DNA from: Ectothiorhodospiraceae bacterium
GTDB lineage: Bacteria; Pseudomonadota; Gammaproteobacteria; GCA-002705445; GCA-002716945
Assembly: GCA_019651095.1 (NCBI GenBank)
Contig: BOXR01000001.1
Location: forward strand, 32,405 to 96,404
DNA length: 64,000 bases
Reading direction: 5' to 3'
The translations under genes were made by a program, and so were the position numbers. Position 1 is the first letter of the stretch, and the number at the start of each line of letters is the position of its first letter. Positions 1 to 12,568 of the stretch are shown here, one piece after another. A model generated the notes under the pieces. The model was not told the origin of the DNA. It did not search any database and saw nothing but the letters and a program-made list of their open reading frames with translations.

Positions 1-325
1 ATTTGTACATTGGATTGATATTAATAACCGTGGCTCCACAGTAATAAGATCCAAATAATGTTATGGGATAAGTAAGTAAATTTGGGAGCATTATGGCAAT
101 TTTAGTACCTTTAGTAACACCTAAATATTGAAGGTAAGCCGCTATTCTCTTAGATAGCAGGCTGGTCATTTTATAATCTATGGACGTATTAAGTGAGTAA
201 AATGCTGTGTTTGAAGAAAATTTATTTACTGCAGACTCCAACAAATCAGTAACTGTACTATCATCAATAGAGTCAATTTCGCTATTCAGATTATTTGGGT
301 ATTGCTCTATCCACTTATCACTCAT
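1..325 (-). CDS. AMP-dependent synthetase / long-chain-fatty-acid--CoA ligase, N-terminal part (runs off window start)
   Basis: Own minus-strand translation from the ATG at 325..323 gives MSDKWIEQYPNNLNSEIDSIDDSTVTDLLESAVNKFSSNTAFYSLNTS...IMLPNLLTYPITLFGSYYCGATVININPMY, a FadD-like N-terminus. It is absent from the ORF track because it is open at the window edge. Confidence 0.6.
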   Translation of the reverse strand, partial: MSDKWIEQYPNNLNSEIDSIDDSTVTDLLESAVNKFSSNTAFYSLNTSIDYKMTSLLSKRIAAYLQYLGVTKGTKIAIMLPNLLTYPITLFGSYYCGATVININPMYK

Positions 326-370
326 AGACAGTATTGTATCACTGAATATATTTCTAAATTATTAAATCTA

Positions 371-403
371 GAAAAAACAAAGCCTCTTGATAAAGAGGCT
401 TTG
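371..403 (-). terminator. Rho-independent terminator downstream of groEL
   Basis: Perfect 10-bp stem aaagcctctt (379..388) / aagaggcttt (393..402) with a 4-nt loop. On the minus strand it is followed by a T6 run (A-run at 372..377). It lies 28 nt past the groEL stop. Confidence 0.65.
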
Positions 404-430
404 AATACACATTAAGAGGACGAGTGAGAA

Positions 431-2141
<1,711 letters not shown>

Positions 2142-2432
2142 TTAGTTTGTTATAATTGCAGTGATATCATCTTCTCTCATAACGAGCATTTCTTCACCAT
2201 CGATAGTTATTTCTGTTCCAGAATATTTTCCGAATAGAATCTGATCACCCTCTTTTACGTCTAAAGGTCTAATATCACCGTTTTCCAAAATCTTTCCTTT
2301 ACCGACTGCGACTACCTCTCCTTTTACAGGCTTCTCAGTTGCGCTATCTGGTATAACTATACCTCCGGGAGATGTTTTTTCTTCTTCTTTTCTTTTTACG
2401 ATTACACGATCGTGCAATGGTCTTATATTCAT
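2142..2432 (-). CDS. groS: co-chaperonin GroES
   Basis: 96 aa, [14 protein letters not shown]...[23 protein letters not shown]. It has a GAGG Shine-Dalgarno upstream and lies immediately upstream of groEL. Confidence 0.97.
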   Translation of the reverse strand: MNIRPLHDRVIVKRKEEEKTSPGGIVIPDSATEKPVKGEVVAVGKGKILENGDIRPLDVKEGDQILFGKYSGTEITIDGEEMLVMREDDITAIITN

Positions 2433-2458
2433 TGATTTACCTCACTTTCAAATAATAG

Positions 2459-2485
2459 TTAGCACTCTAACACCTAGACTGCTAA
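2459..2485 (-). promoter_or_regulatory. CIRCE-like inverted repeat (candidate HrcA operator) in the groES leader
   Basis: TTAGCACTC-N9-GACTGCTAA versus the CIRCE consensus TTAGCACTC-N9-GAGTGCTAA (1 mismatch). It lies 27-53 nt upstream of the groES start. Confidence 0.7.
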
Positions 2486-2514
2486 TGATAGGGACTTTAT
2501 GCTATAATTTCAAG
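2486..2514 (-). promoter_or_regulatory. sigma32-type heat-shock promoter for groES-groEL
   Basis: The minus strand reads CTTGAAA (2514..2508), a 14-nt spacer, then CCCTATCA (2493..2486). The sigma32 consensus is CTTGAAA-N13-15-CCCCATNT. It directly abuts the CIRCE element. Confidence 0.55.
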
Positions 2515-2594
2515 AATTTATGACAAAAACTAGTCATTGTCTCTGTAATCACCTTCGATCACATTATTTTTAGAGATTTTTACCGTATTTTTGG

Positions 2595-2927
2595 TTAAAA
2601 ATATAAGGGCAATTTTGGCCTGAAGAATGGGAGTAAGATTACTAGTCCAGCTGCATCTGTAAGATATCCTGGAATTATAAGGAGAATACCTGCTAATATT
2701 GAATATATATTATCAGTGTATTGCTCATACATGTTTTGGATATTACCAATATTGAACAAACTAAGGCCAATGCCTCTTAGTTTTTGCTTGATCAAGTAGT
2801 AGCCTAGAAAAATAGTTAAAAAAATGCTCAGAACTACATAAAAACTTCCTATCAAAGATCCAATCTCTATGAATATAATTAGTTCAATTATGGGTAAAAG
2901 TAATAGAATGTATTTTGAATAATTCAC
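2595..2927 (-). CDS. fxsA: FxsA family inner-membrane protein
   Basis: ILLLLPIIELIIFIEIGSLIG...LIIPGYLTDAAGLVILLPFFRP matches the FxsA signature. The likely start is the GTG at 2927, because the track ORF start at 2987 would overlap cutA. fxsA lies next to groES as in E. coli. Confidence 0.7.
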   Translation of the reverse strand: MNYSKYILLLLPIIELIIFIEIGSLIGSFYVVLSIFLTIFLGYYLIKQKLRGIGLSLFNIGNIQNMYEQYTDNIYSILAGILLIIPGYLTDAAGLVILLPFFRPKLPLYF

Positions 2928-2939
2928 AAATATAAGTAT

Positions 2940-3260
2940 ATGGTAAAAAAATACATAATTGTTCAAACACATACAAATAAAAAACAAGTATGTGAAGATA
3001 TTTCAAGATCGCTGATAGAAAAAAAAATGGCTGCATGTGTAAATATTTATCCTGCTGTATTGAGCTTATATCGCTATAATAGCGAGGTTGTTGAGGATAA
3101 TGAGTATCTAATACACGTAAAAACAATCGCTGATAAATTTAATGAAATTAGAAAGATTATTGAACGATTGCATAACTATGAAACCCCTGAAATAATATCT
3201 CTAGAAATATTAGAGGGTAATGAAAAGTACTTGAAATGGATACAAGATGAAATTGATTAA
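2940..3260 (+). CDS. cutA: divalent-cation tolerance protein CutA
   Basis: 106 aa with KKMAACVNIYPAVLSLYRYNSEVVEDNEYLIHVKT...YETPEIISLEI. It precedes dsbD, the classic cutA-dsbD pair. Confidence 0.85.
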   Translation: MVKKYIIVQTHTNKKQVCEDISRSLIEKKMAACVNIYPAVLSLYRYNSEVVEDNEYLIHVKTIADKFNEIRKIIERLHNYETPEIISLEILEGNEKYLKWIQDEID

Positions 3261-4998
3261 AACAATATTTTTTAATTCACTATTTTTTTTATGCCTATTA
3301 ACAGGAGGCAAGACACTCGCCAGTGATCTGCCGATTTCACAGTCTGAGTTTCTATCACCTGATGAAGCTTTTGTGATGTCCCATGAGGTTGTTAATGACA
3401 AGCATATAAAAATAAATTGGAAAATTCATCCAGGTTATTATTTATACATGGGAATGTTTGAATTTGAATCACTTGATACGGATAACCTAATCCAAAAGGT
3501 CGAGATGCCTGATGGTAAGAAAAAAACTGATGAATTCTTTGGTGAAGTCGATATCTATTATTTCTCAACGAGCGCAGATATTTATTTGGAAAATAATCTC
3601 TCAGAATATCTTAATCTTAAAATAAAATATCAAGGCTGCGCAGATGCAGGACTATGCTATCCACCAATTTTCAAAACAATCACGGTAAAAAAAAAGTTAA
3701 CAACATCTAGTCTTCAAAAGACATCAATATTTGATAGTCAAACTGCAATGAGTGAATCACTCAACATTAACTCTCTGATCTATAACACTTTTGTTTTTTA
3801 CTTAGCTGGATTGTTGTTAGCATTTACTCCTTGTGTCTTACCAATGGTCCCGATTCTCACCGGGATAATCGCTGGACGTGGGAATGTATCTCAAAAAAAA
3901 TCTCTTACACTCTCAATTGTTTATGTTTTAAGTATGTCAATGACTTATGCTGTTGCGGGCATCATTGTTGCAACATCAGGTACAAATATACAGGCTAACT
4001 TACAAAATCCTTACGTAATTAGCTTTTTATCCTTTTTATTTTTTATATTTGCATTGGCCATGTTCAAATTTTTTAATATTCAGATGCCCAAATCGATACA
4101 AAATTTAGCTACAAAAATAAGCAATAAGCAAAAATCTGGAGATATTAAAGATGTCGCGACTATGGGAGTATTGTCTGCACTTATAGTGGGTCCATGTGTA
4201 ACCGCGCCATTAATTGGTGCGCTGATATACATTGCCAGTACAGGAGATATTTTAGTTGGGGGCTTAGCTCTTTTTTTTCTAGGTATTGGTATGGGTACAC
4301 CATTAATTGCTCTAGGTTCAACAACAACAAAATTGATATCAAAAATTGGCCCTTATCTTGAGCTTGTAAATTATTTTTTTGGCATTCTATTCATTATAGT
4401 TTCTGTTTGGTTGCTAGAGAGAATCTTGTCCTTGGAGACAGCAGCTTATTTATGGACTATCTCTGCAGCACTCCTAATATTAGTATTATTAAAATCGTCC
4501 AAGTTACTAGATAATTTATCATCTAAAATTATCGTAACGACGTTGTCAGCTTTATCGTTTTTTTATATTGGGTTACAAACATATGGAATTATAAATAATA
4601 ATTATTATGAACCGATAACAAGCTTCATACAAAAAGATCAGAATATTAAATTCGTAACAGTAAAAACAACAAAGAGATTATTCGAAGAAATCAATAAAAG
4701 TAATGAGCCTGTTATGGTTGATTTATACGCAGATTGGTGTGTAGCATGTAAAGAATTAGAAAAATATACATTCAGTGACGATAGAGTTAGCGAGAAATTG
4801 AACAAACTAAAACTTATCAAATTTGACATCACAAAAACGACTGAAGAACACTCGAAATATTTACAAAGTATGATGGTCTTTGGGCCACCTGCTCTATTTT
4901 TCTTCAATGAAGATGGTAATGAAATTACTGATGCGAGAATTGTAGGCTTTGTGGGCAGCGAAGACTTCTTAAAAGTACTCAAACTAGTAAAAAATTGA
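3247..4998 (+). CDS. dsbD: thiol:disulfide interchange protein DsbD
   Basis: 583 aa with a signal peptide, a central multi-TM core containing FTPCVLPMVP, and a C-terminal thioredoxin domain with WCVAC. Confidence 0.9.
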   Translation: MKLIKTIFFNSLFFLCLLTGGKTLASDLPISQSEFLSPDEAFVMSHEVVNDKHIKINWKIHPGYYLYMGMFEFESLDTDNLIQKVEMPDGKKKTDEFFGEVDIYYFSTSADIYLENNLSEYLNLKIKYQGCADAGLCYPPIFKTITVKKKLTTSSLQKTSIFDSQTAMSESLNINSLIYNTFVFYLAGLLLAFTPCVLPMVPILTGIIAGRGNVSQKKSLTLSIVYVLSMSMTYAVAGIIVATSGTNIQANLQNPYVISFLSFLFFIFALAMFKFFNIQMPKSIQNLATKISNKQKSGDIKDVATMGVLSALIVGPCVTAPLIGALIYIASTGDILVGGLALFFLGIGMGTPLIALGSTTTKLISKIGPYLELVNYFFGILFIIVSVWLLERILSLETAAYLWTISAALLILVLLKSSKLLDNLSSKIIVTTLSALSFFYIGLQTYGIINNNYYEPITSFIQKDQNIKFVTVKTTKRLFEEINKSNEPVMVDLYADWCVACKELEKYTFSDDRVSEKLNKLKLIKFDITKTTEEHSKYLQSMMVFGPPALFFFNEDGNEITDARIVGFVGSEDFLKVLKLVKN

Positions 4999-5063
4999 AA
5001 TAGAACTTCTATTTTCGCTTAACTTCATGTAAAATCACTCAAAATTAATCAAGTTCTTATAAA

Positions 5064-5495
5064 ATGAATATATTAGTGTTAAACGGTCCTAACTTGAATT
5101 TATTGGGTACTCGCGAGCCAGAAGTTTATGGGACAGAAAGTCTCAAAGATATTGAAGAAAATCTTAAGTCAATTTCTAAAAATCACAACGTAAATATTCG
5201 TTTTTATCAGTCTAATTCTGAGAATGAATTAATAAATGAACTTCATACTGCAAAGCAGGAAAATATTGACGCGATTATAATTAATCCGGGTGCTTTTACA
5301 CACACTAGCATTGCCTTAAGAGATGCATTTCTAGGAGTAGACATACCATTTATTGAAGTTCATATTTCAAATATTTATCGTAGAGAAGAATTTAGAAAAA
5401 AATCCTTCTTATCAGATATAAGTGAAGGTTTAATAACAGGGCTAGGAGTAAGTGGGTATGAGTTTGCTCTGCTGTCAATCATAAAACGAGGTTAA
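5064..5495 (+). CDS. aroQ: type II 3-dehydroquinate dehydratase
   Basis: MNILVLNGPNLNLLGTREPEVYG...INPGAFTHTSIALRDA...IEVHISNI. Confidence 0.95.
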   Translation: MNILVLNGPNLNLLGTREPEVYGTESLKDIEENLKSISKNHNVNIRFYQSNSENELINELHTAKQENIDAIIINPGAFTHTSIALRDAFLGVDIPFIEVHISNIYRREEFRKKSFLSDISEGLITGLGVSGYEFALLSIIKRG

Positions 5496-5497
5496 GC

Positions 5498-5965
5498 ATG
5501 GATTTAAGAAAAATTAAAAAATTAATGGAGCTTCTTGAGGAGAGTGGGATTTCAGAAATTGAAGTAAAAGAGGGTGAGGAGTCTATAAAACTATCAAGGA
5601 ATATCTCATCTAACACAAACATACCGATCCCACAGATAATTCAACAACCTATACAAACCAATCAAACTCCTACTAATCAACAGACTTCCGATGCGGGGGC
5701 TAACGCTGTTGATAATTTAAAAAAAGAAAAAAGGAACACTGTGAATTCGCCTATGGTTGGGACATTCTATGCTTCAGCTTCACCGGAATCTAAGCCATTC
5801 GTGACCATCGGTCAATCTGTAAAGAAGGGGGACACATTATGCATATTAGAGGCAATGAAAATGATGAATCAGGTACAAGCAGAATCTGATGGAAAAATAG
5901 TTGAGATACTTGTTGATAATGCCGAACCAGTAGAATTTGACCAACCATTGTTTGTTTTAGAATGA
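5498..5965 (+). CDS. accB: acetyl-CoA carboxylase biotin carboxyl carrier protein
   Basis: C-terminal biotinyl domain with the motif CILEAMKMMN. Confidence 0.95.
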   Translation: MDLRKIKKLMELLEESGISEIEVKEGEESIKLSRNISSNTNIPIPQIIQQPIQTNQTPTNQQTSDAGANAVDNLKKEKRNTVNSPMVGTFYASASPESKPFVTIGQSVKKGDTLCILEAMKMMNQVQAESDGKIVEILVDNAEPVEFDQPLFVLE

Positions 5966-7309
5966 TTAGTAAAGTACTAATAGCTAACAGAGGTGAAATT
6001 GCACTCAGAGTAATGAGGGCATGTAAAAAACTGGGGATCAAGACAGTTGCAGTACATTCAACTGCTGATAGACAGCTTGCTCACGTCAAGCTAGCTGATG
6101 AATCAGTTTGCATTGGTGGACCAAATCCAAAAGAAAGTTATCTGAATATGCCCTCAATCATAAGCGCTGCAGAATTAACAAATTCAGATGCAATTCATCC
6201 TGGCTATGGTTTTTTATCAGAATCTGAGATGTTTGCAGAAATTATAGAAACAAATAAGTTTAAGTTTATAGGGCCTACAAGCAAAGTCTTAAATAAAATG
6301 GGTGACAAAATTAAAGCAAAGAAAGCGATGAATGATTTTGGTGTCCCGTGTATCCCCGGATATGATGGTGTCTTACCTGAGCAGCCAAATAAAGAAATGT
6401 TGAAAAAAATTGATGAGATAGGATATCCAATTATGCTTAAGGCAATTCATGGTGGTGGCGGAAGAGGAATGATGATTGTAGAAAAAAAATCAGACCTGGT
6501 AAATAGCATGAATCTAGTTAGAACAGAAGCAAAAAATGCATTTGGTAATGGGGACCTATACTTTGAAAAATATTACGATAACCCAAGACATATTGAAATA
6601 CAAATAATGAGTGATGAGCATGGAAATGCTGTTCATTTTGGTGAGAGAGATTGCTCAATGCAAAGAAGAAATCAAAAAATAATTGAAGAGACGCAAGCGT
6701 GTTGTATTACAAGAGAAGAGATTAATAAAATAGGTGCTATTTGTTCAGAGGCTTGCATAAAACTTGGATATACAGGTGCTGGAACTTTCGAATTTTTATA
6801 TCAAGATGGGCAATTTAGCTTCATAGAGATGAATACGAGAATTCAAGTTGAGCATCCTGTTACTGAGCTTGTTACAAATACAGATTTGATAGCTGAACAA
6901 ATAAATGTCGCATCTGGTGAGAGATTGAGCATGAAGCAAGAGGATATCTCGCTTAAAGGTCATGCCATTGAATGTAGAATAAACGCTGAGGATCCCAAGA
7001 CATTTCATACCCTCGCCTGGCAAAATAGAGGTATTCCATGCACCAGGGGGTCCAGGAGTAAGAATAGATACGCATGTTTACAGTGGGTATTCTGTGCCTC
7101 CTTTCTATGATTCTTTACTAGCTAAGTTGATCACATATGATAAGACCAGAGAGCTTGCTATAGAGAAAATGTATCAAGCGCTTAGTGAAACTGTTGTTCA
7201 AGGTGTAAAGACCAATATAGAATTGCATAAGAAGTTACTCAGAACAGATTTCTTCACTTCAGGTAAGTACTCCATTAACACGCTTACAGAATATATTAAA
7301 AATAATTAG
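5962..7309 (+). CDS. accC: acetyl-CoA carboxylase biotin carboxylase, one frame change near 7003-7006
   Basis: MISKVLIANRGEIALRVMRACKKLGI... The frame is lost after AEDPKTF. The next frame reads IPSPGKIEVFHAPGGPGVRIDTHVYSGYSVPPFYDSLLAKLI through to 7309. The lesion sits at the T-run 7003..7005. Confidence 0.93.
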
Positions 7310-7441
7310 TTTTTTTTCAAATAGTCTTTATCAATAGCTCCTTTGATTGTAATATATTCCATTCAGGGGTATTCATTTCTCGAAATTTAAGATGAAGAAG
7401 AACAGAATCACAAAAATTTATCAAATAGTAGTCTGAGTGCT

Positions 7442-7660
7442 GTGGTAAAAAAAGAAGCTAACGCATTTATCAAAAACATGAATGGAAATGGCAGTAAATC
7501 TAATATGCATAGCTTATTTTTGAATGATACAGAACGCACTTTAATAGATACTGTTCTAGAAACATGCAATGGAAATGTCACTAAATCAGCAGATTTTCTA
7601 GGAATAAGCCGCGGGACACTTATAAAAAGAATAAAAGAGTATAATCTTAAGATTAAATGA
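7442..7660 (+). CDS. fis: Fis-family DNA-binding protein (short form, start uncertain)
   Basis: C-terminal HTH NVTKSADFLGISRGTLIKRIKEYNL aligns with E. coli Fis, and it lies directly upstream of purH as in other gammaproteobacteria. The ORF opens at a GTG. An ATG at 7392 is one frame off. Confidence 0.75.
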   Translation: MVKKEANAFIKNMNGNGSKSNMHSLFLNDTERTLIDTVLETCNGNVTKSADFLGISRGTLIKRIKEYNLKIK

Positions 7661-9200
7661 AGAAAATTGCTCTAATAAGCGTTTCTGACAAAACGGGCAT
7701 AGATTCAATTGCATCAGAACTATCAAAGATGGGGTACGATATCATATCAACCGGTGGTACAGCTAAATACCTCATCAGTAAAGGTATTAAAATTATACCT
7801 ATATCAGAGTTCACAAAATTTGAGGAAATTCTTGAAGGAAGAGTAAAAACGCTTCACCCCATTATTCATGCTGGTATCCTTGCAAAATCTAAAAAAGATA
7901 TTGAAGATCTTCGAGACTCAAAATATTCCCTCATTGATGTTGTAATAGTAAACTTGTATCCCTTTGAGAAAACGATATCTAAAAGAGGTTGTACCTTTAG
8001 TAATGCTATAGAGAACATTGATATTGGAGGTCCAACACTTTTAAGAGCGTCAGCTAAGAATCATGATCGAGTGACTGTATTGACTGATCCTTCTGACTAT
8101 GATCTGGTCCTCGAGGAGCTTTCTAAGAACGGGAAGGTAAGATCATCCACAAGATTGAAGCTTGCAGCTAAGGTTTTCTCTAAAGTATCAAAATATGACT
8201 CACTAATATCGTCTTACCTGACAGTAAATCAATAAAAGCTGAGATTTTATGCAAGAGGAGATTTCTATAAATGCATATGAACTTGATAAGCTTAGGTATG
8301 GAGAGAACCCTCATCAAAAAGCTAAATTATATAAAATATCTGAGCCTTCACTGTCTGCTTTTGATTATAATCAACTTTCAGGGAAAGCACTTTCTTTTAA
8401 CAATCTTGTAGATACAGAGAGTGCTTATTCATGTGTAGAACAGTTTAGTCGCCCTAGTTGTGTGATTGTAAAGCATGCTAATCCATGTGGAGCAGCATGT
8501 GCGGATAACTTAGAACAAGCATACAATTATGCTTATAAAACTGATCCCACCTCTGCGTTTGGAGGATAATTGTATTTAATAAGAAACCGAGCTCTAAACT
8601 TATAAAAAAATTGTCGAAAAACAGTTCGTTGAAGTCATTGCAGCTCCCTCATTTGATAAAAAAGTACTAGATGTTATCAAGAATAAACCTAATATAAGAA
8701 TTCTTGAAATAAAGTTGAAAGGTAAAAATGATTTGATATACGAAACAAAACTCTTAAGAGATAAACTTCTAATTCAAGAAAAAGACGAGAAGACTGTAAC
8801 AAAAAAATCTTTGTCTGTTGTAACGAAAAAAAAGCCTACAACCAAACAATTAGACGATATGTTATTCGCTTTTAAAATAGCAAGGTACGTAAAATCAAAT
8901 TCAATTGTTTTCGTGAAAAATAATAAGACGCTAGCTATAGGAGCAGGACAAATGAGTAGAATTGATTCTACAAATATAGCATTTAATAAATCAAAAAAAG
9001 AGAGAATATCGCTTAAGGGGTCGGTGATGGCATCTGAAGCTTTTTTCCCGTTTAGAGATAATGTTGATTTAGCTAAAAAAATTGGTGTATCTGCGATCAT
9101 TCAGCCTGGCGGATCTTTAAATGATGATAAGATAATTGACGTTGCAGACAAACATAAGCTAGCAATGTGTTTTTCACATACAAGAGTGTTCAAGCATTAA
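7657..9200 (+). CDS. purH: bifunctional AICAR transformylase / IMP cyclohydrolase, about three frame changes
   Basis: Pieces 7657..8235, 8249..8569 and 8715..9200 carry MGS-like and AICARFT motifs ([28 protein letters not shown]). The breaks are near 8235-8250, 8566 and the A7 run at 8604..8610. Confidence 0.92.
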
Positions 9201-10544
9201 TGAGCTTAAAAATATTAATTATTGGGTCCGGTGGAAGAGAACATGCGATTGCGTGGTTAATATCGAAGTCAAAACGTCAAGTTGATAAGATTTATGTGAT
9301 GCCAGGAAATGCTGGAACAATAACAGAAAAAAAATGTTTTCAATATTGATATTGATATAAACAACAAAGATGAAGTATTAAATTTTGCTATTGAAAATAC
9401 AATTGACCTTACGATAGTTGGACCAGAAGTCCCTCTTGTGGATGGAATAAGTGATTTGTTTGAGAGGAATAATCTTAATATTTTTGGACCAAAAAAGTAT
9501 TTCGCACAGTTAGAGGGATCAAAAGTATTTTCTAAAAAATTTATGCAAGATAATAATTTACCTACGGCCGATTATAAGGAATTTGATGATATTGAAAAAG
9601 CTACTTATTACGTAAAATCAAAAAAACCTCCTATTGTTGTTAAGTATGATGGTTTAGCAGCTGGTAAGGGAGTTGATATATGCGAATCGCAAGATCATGC
9701 AGAATCATCTATAAAAAATCTTCTCAAACCAAACGAAAGTATAATAGTTGAGGATTTCATCAAAGGCATAGAGCTTTCATCTATATATATCTGTAATCCC
9801 AATGCATCGAAGAAAACTATTGGCTTGCCTTGGGTAAAAGATTATAAGTCACGTGATGAATACAACTCAGGTCCAAATACAGGAGGCATGGGTGCGATTA
9901 CTCATCCATATTGTTCCTTCAAAAAAAATGATGTCTACTCACTCAATACTGAAATTGAAAAGATTATTATCAAAACCATTGTATCGATCAATAATAGCTC
10001 TGGTGATCAAAGTAACTATAATGGTTTTTTATATCTTGGCTTAATGATATCTACAGAAGACAACAAGCCATACCTCCTAGAGTATAATTGTAGAATGGGA
10101 GATCCTGAAACTCAGAATCTAATGATGTATTTATACAATAATGATGTCGATTTTCTTGATTTGATTGGTTTTAATAATTCAGAATATCCTGATAACTTTA
10201 ATCTAACATTCATAGATGACAAAAAATATTCTGGCTTTTGTTGCACGGTCGTACTTGCAGCAGACGGCTACCCATCAGAACCAAAGAAAGATTTTTTTGT
10301 GGACTTATCTGAAATAAAGGAAAGTTCAAATTTAAAAGTTTTTCATGCGGGTACCAAAATTAATAATGGTGCAGTAAAAGTCACAGGAGGAAGAATATTG
10401 TCAGTTAATACGTACTGTGATAGTAAACAAGAAGCAATAGACCTAGCTTATGAGAACATTAGAAGAATTAAAGCTTTCAAAGATCCTGAATTGCGAGATG
10501 AAGATGGATCGTTAGTTTTCTTTAGAAGTGATATAGGTTCCTAA
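9200..10544 (+). CDS. purD: phosphoribosylamine--glycine ligase, one frame change near 9327-9340
   Basis: [19 protein letters not shown]...GNAGT, then after the shift NIDIDINNKDEVLNFAIENTIDLTIVGPEVPLVDGISD... The break lies in the A8/T4 runs at 9327..9340. Its ATG overlaps the purH stop. Confidence 0.92.
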
Positions 10545-11363
10545 TCAAAGCTTCTGACATTTATCACAAAAAAATGATGATCTCCCTGAAATTTTTATAT
10601 TACTAATTAAATTTTTTTTATGGATAGGGCAATATTTTTTTTTATAGACCAAGAGCTCCTGTGTAAAATAGCCCGGCTTGCCCTCAGCATTTACAAAATC
10701 TTTTATCGTTGATCCTCCCATCGATATTGCCTTTGATAAAACTTGTTTTATATTTTTTACCAATATTTCATATTTTTTTTTCGAGATTTTATTAGCTGAA
10801 GATGATGGATGAATTTTAGATAGAAACAATGCCTCAGCAGCATAGATATTGCCTATACCGACAACAACCTTCTGATTCATAATTAGTTCTTTTACAGAGC
10901 AGGTCCGCCTATTTGCTTTATCAAACAAGTAATCTGTATTGAATCCCTCCGACATAGGTTCTGGTCCTAAACCTTTCAGCAAAAACATATTACTAGGTTC
11001 ATTAGTGACGTGTATGGAGCCAAATTTTCTCACATCATTATAAACAAGGACATACTCATCAAAGTACAATACGAGATGATCATGCTTCCGCTTCTTGTAT
11101 TCACTAATTTTTCTAAAGTAAATTATGCCCGTCATTCCTAAATGTATAACGATAGTTAACATAGGCTCATCAAACTGAAGTAAAATATACTTACCTCTCC
11201 TTGTTACCAGCTTTATGGTCTTGCTTTTTGTGTTGCCAATTTTCTTAGTATCGATCGGCCATCTTAGTTTCTTATCTAAAACCTTAATATTTTTAATCTT
11301 TTTATGAAGGACTCTCTCATATACGTAGGTCTTAACAGTCTCAACTTCCGGTAATTCAGGCAT
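10545..11363 (-). CDS. mutM: formamidopyrimidine-DNA glycosylase
   Basis: MPELPEVETV... at the N-terminus and a C-terminal zinc finger CPIHK...FFCDKCQ. Confidence 0.95.
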   Translation of the reverse strand: MPELPEVETVKTYVYERVLHKKIKNIKVLDKKLRWPIDTKKIGNTKSKTIKLVTRRGKYILLQFDEPMLTIVIHLGMTGIIYFRKISEYKKRKHDHLVLYFDEYVLVYNDVRKFGSIHVTNEPSNMFLLKGLGPEPMSEGFNTDYLFDKANRRTCSVKELIMNQKVVVGIGNIYAAEALFLSKIHPSSSANKISKKKYEILVKNIKQVLSKAISMGGSTIKDFVNAEGKPGYFTQELLVYKKKYCPIHKKNLISNIKISGRSSFFCDKCQKL

Positions 11364-11406
11364 AATGATTTGATATAGTATAAATTCTTGTTAATATAGT
11401 AGCTTA

Positions 11407-12568
11407 TTGGAAACAAATATGATCGAAATATTCATTAACGGAATTATACCACTCACAACACTTGGCTACATAATTTATACCTTAGCAGTGACTCACATCA
11501 CAATTGTGGCTATTACCCTTTATTTACACAGAGGGGTCTGTCACTCTGCAATCGATATCCATCCATTGCTCTCACACTTTTTTAGATTTTGGCTATGGTT
11601 AACTACATCTATGCGAACTGCAGATTGGGTTGCAATTCACAGAAAACACCATGCTAAGGTAGAAACTGAACACGATCCACACAGTCCTGCTTTTTTGGTA
11701 TCAACAAAGTTTTGTTGCAAGGCGCTGACCTCTACCATATGGAAAAAAACAACAAAGAGACAATTGAAAAATATTCACAAAATTGTCCAACTGATTGGGT
11801 AGAAGAAAAAATATACACTGGGAGAAACAATCTAGGAATACTCATTTTGTTCATACTAAATATAATTCTTTTCGGTACAGTTGGAATTATTATTTGGTCT
11901 ATTCAAATGATGTGGACACCTATATTTGCAGCTGGTGGAATAAATGGGCAGGTCATCATTGGGGATATAGAAATTATAACACAAATGATGATTCGACAAA
12001 TATGTCTCCTATTGGAATTATCATCGGAGGCGAAGAGTTACACAACAATCATCACGCTTACCCAACAGCCGCAAAATTTTCTCTAAAACCATGGGAGTTT
12101 GACATCGGATGGATGTACATAAAAGTATTTGGTTTTTTTGGGCTATGTAAAGTTAAGCGACTAGCACCAAGACCTATCATACAAAATAAACAAAATACTG
12201 ACTCTAAGCTCATTACACAATCAATTTTACAATCCAAGTTAGCTGTAATTACAGATTTTACGCAAAAAGTTTTAAAACCGATTTATAAAAAAGAAAAATT
12301 CGATCTTTCTTTCAAACTTTTAGCTGATCATCCAAATAGATTAAGCGAAAATCAAGAAAGTATAGTCAAAGATCTATTAGCTAAAAATATCAAGCTCAAC
12401 ACTGTATACAGTCTTAAAAATAAACTTCATGAGCTTCTTCACTCTAGAGAAATTAAACATGATAACTTCATACAAATATTGAATAAATGGTCGGAAGAAG
12501 CCAAAAGTCATGGAATTGATGCTTTAGACGATTTTCTAGTCAGATTGAGAAGTTATAAAGTTACTTGA
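11407..12568 (+). CDS. membrane fatty-acid (acyl-CoA/acyl-lipid delta-9 type) desaturase with long C-terminal extension, two frame changes
   Basis: His boxes [17 protein letters not shown] and HNNHHAYP are present. The three overlapping ORFs join with shifts near 11690-11700 and at the GGG run 11946..11948. Confidence 0.85.
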
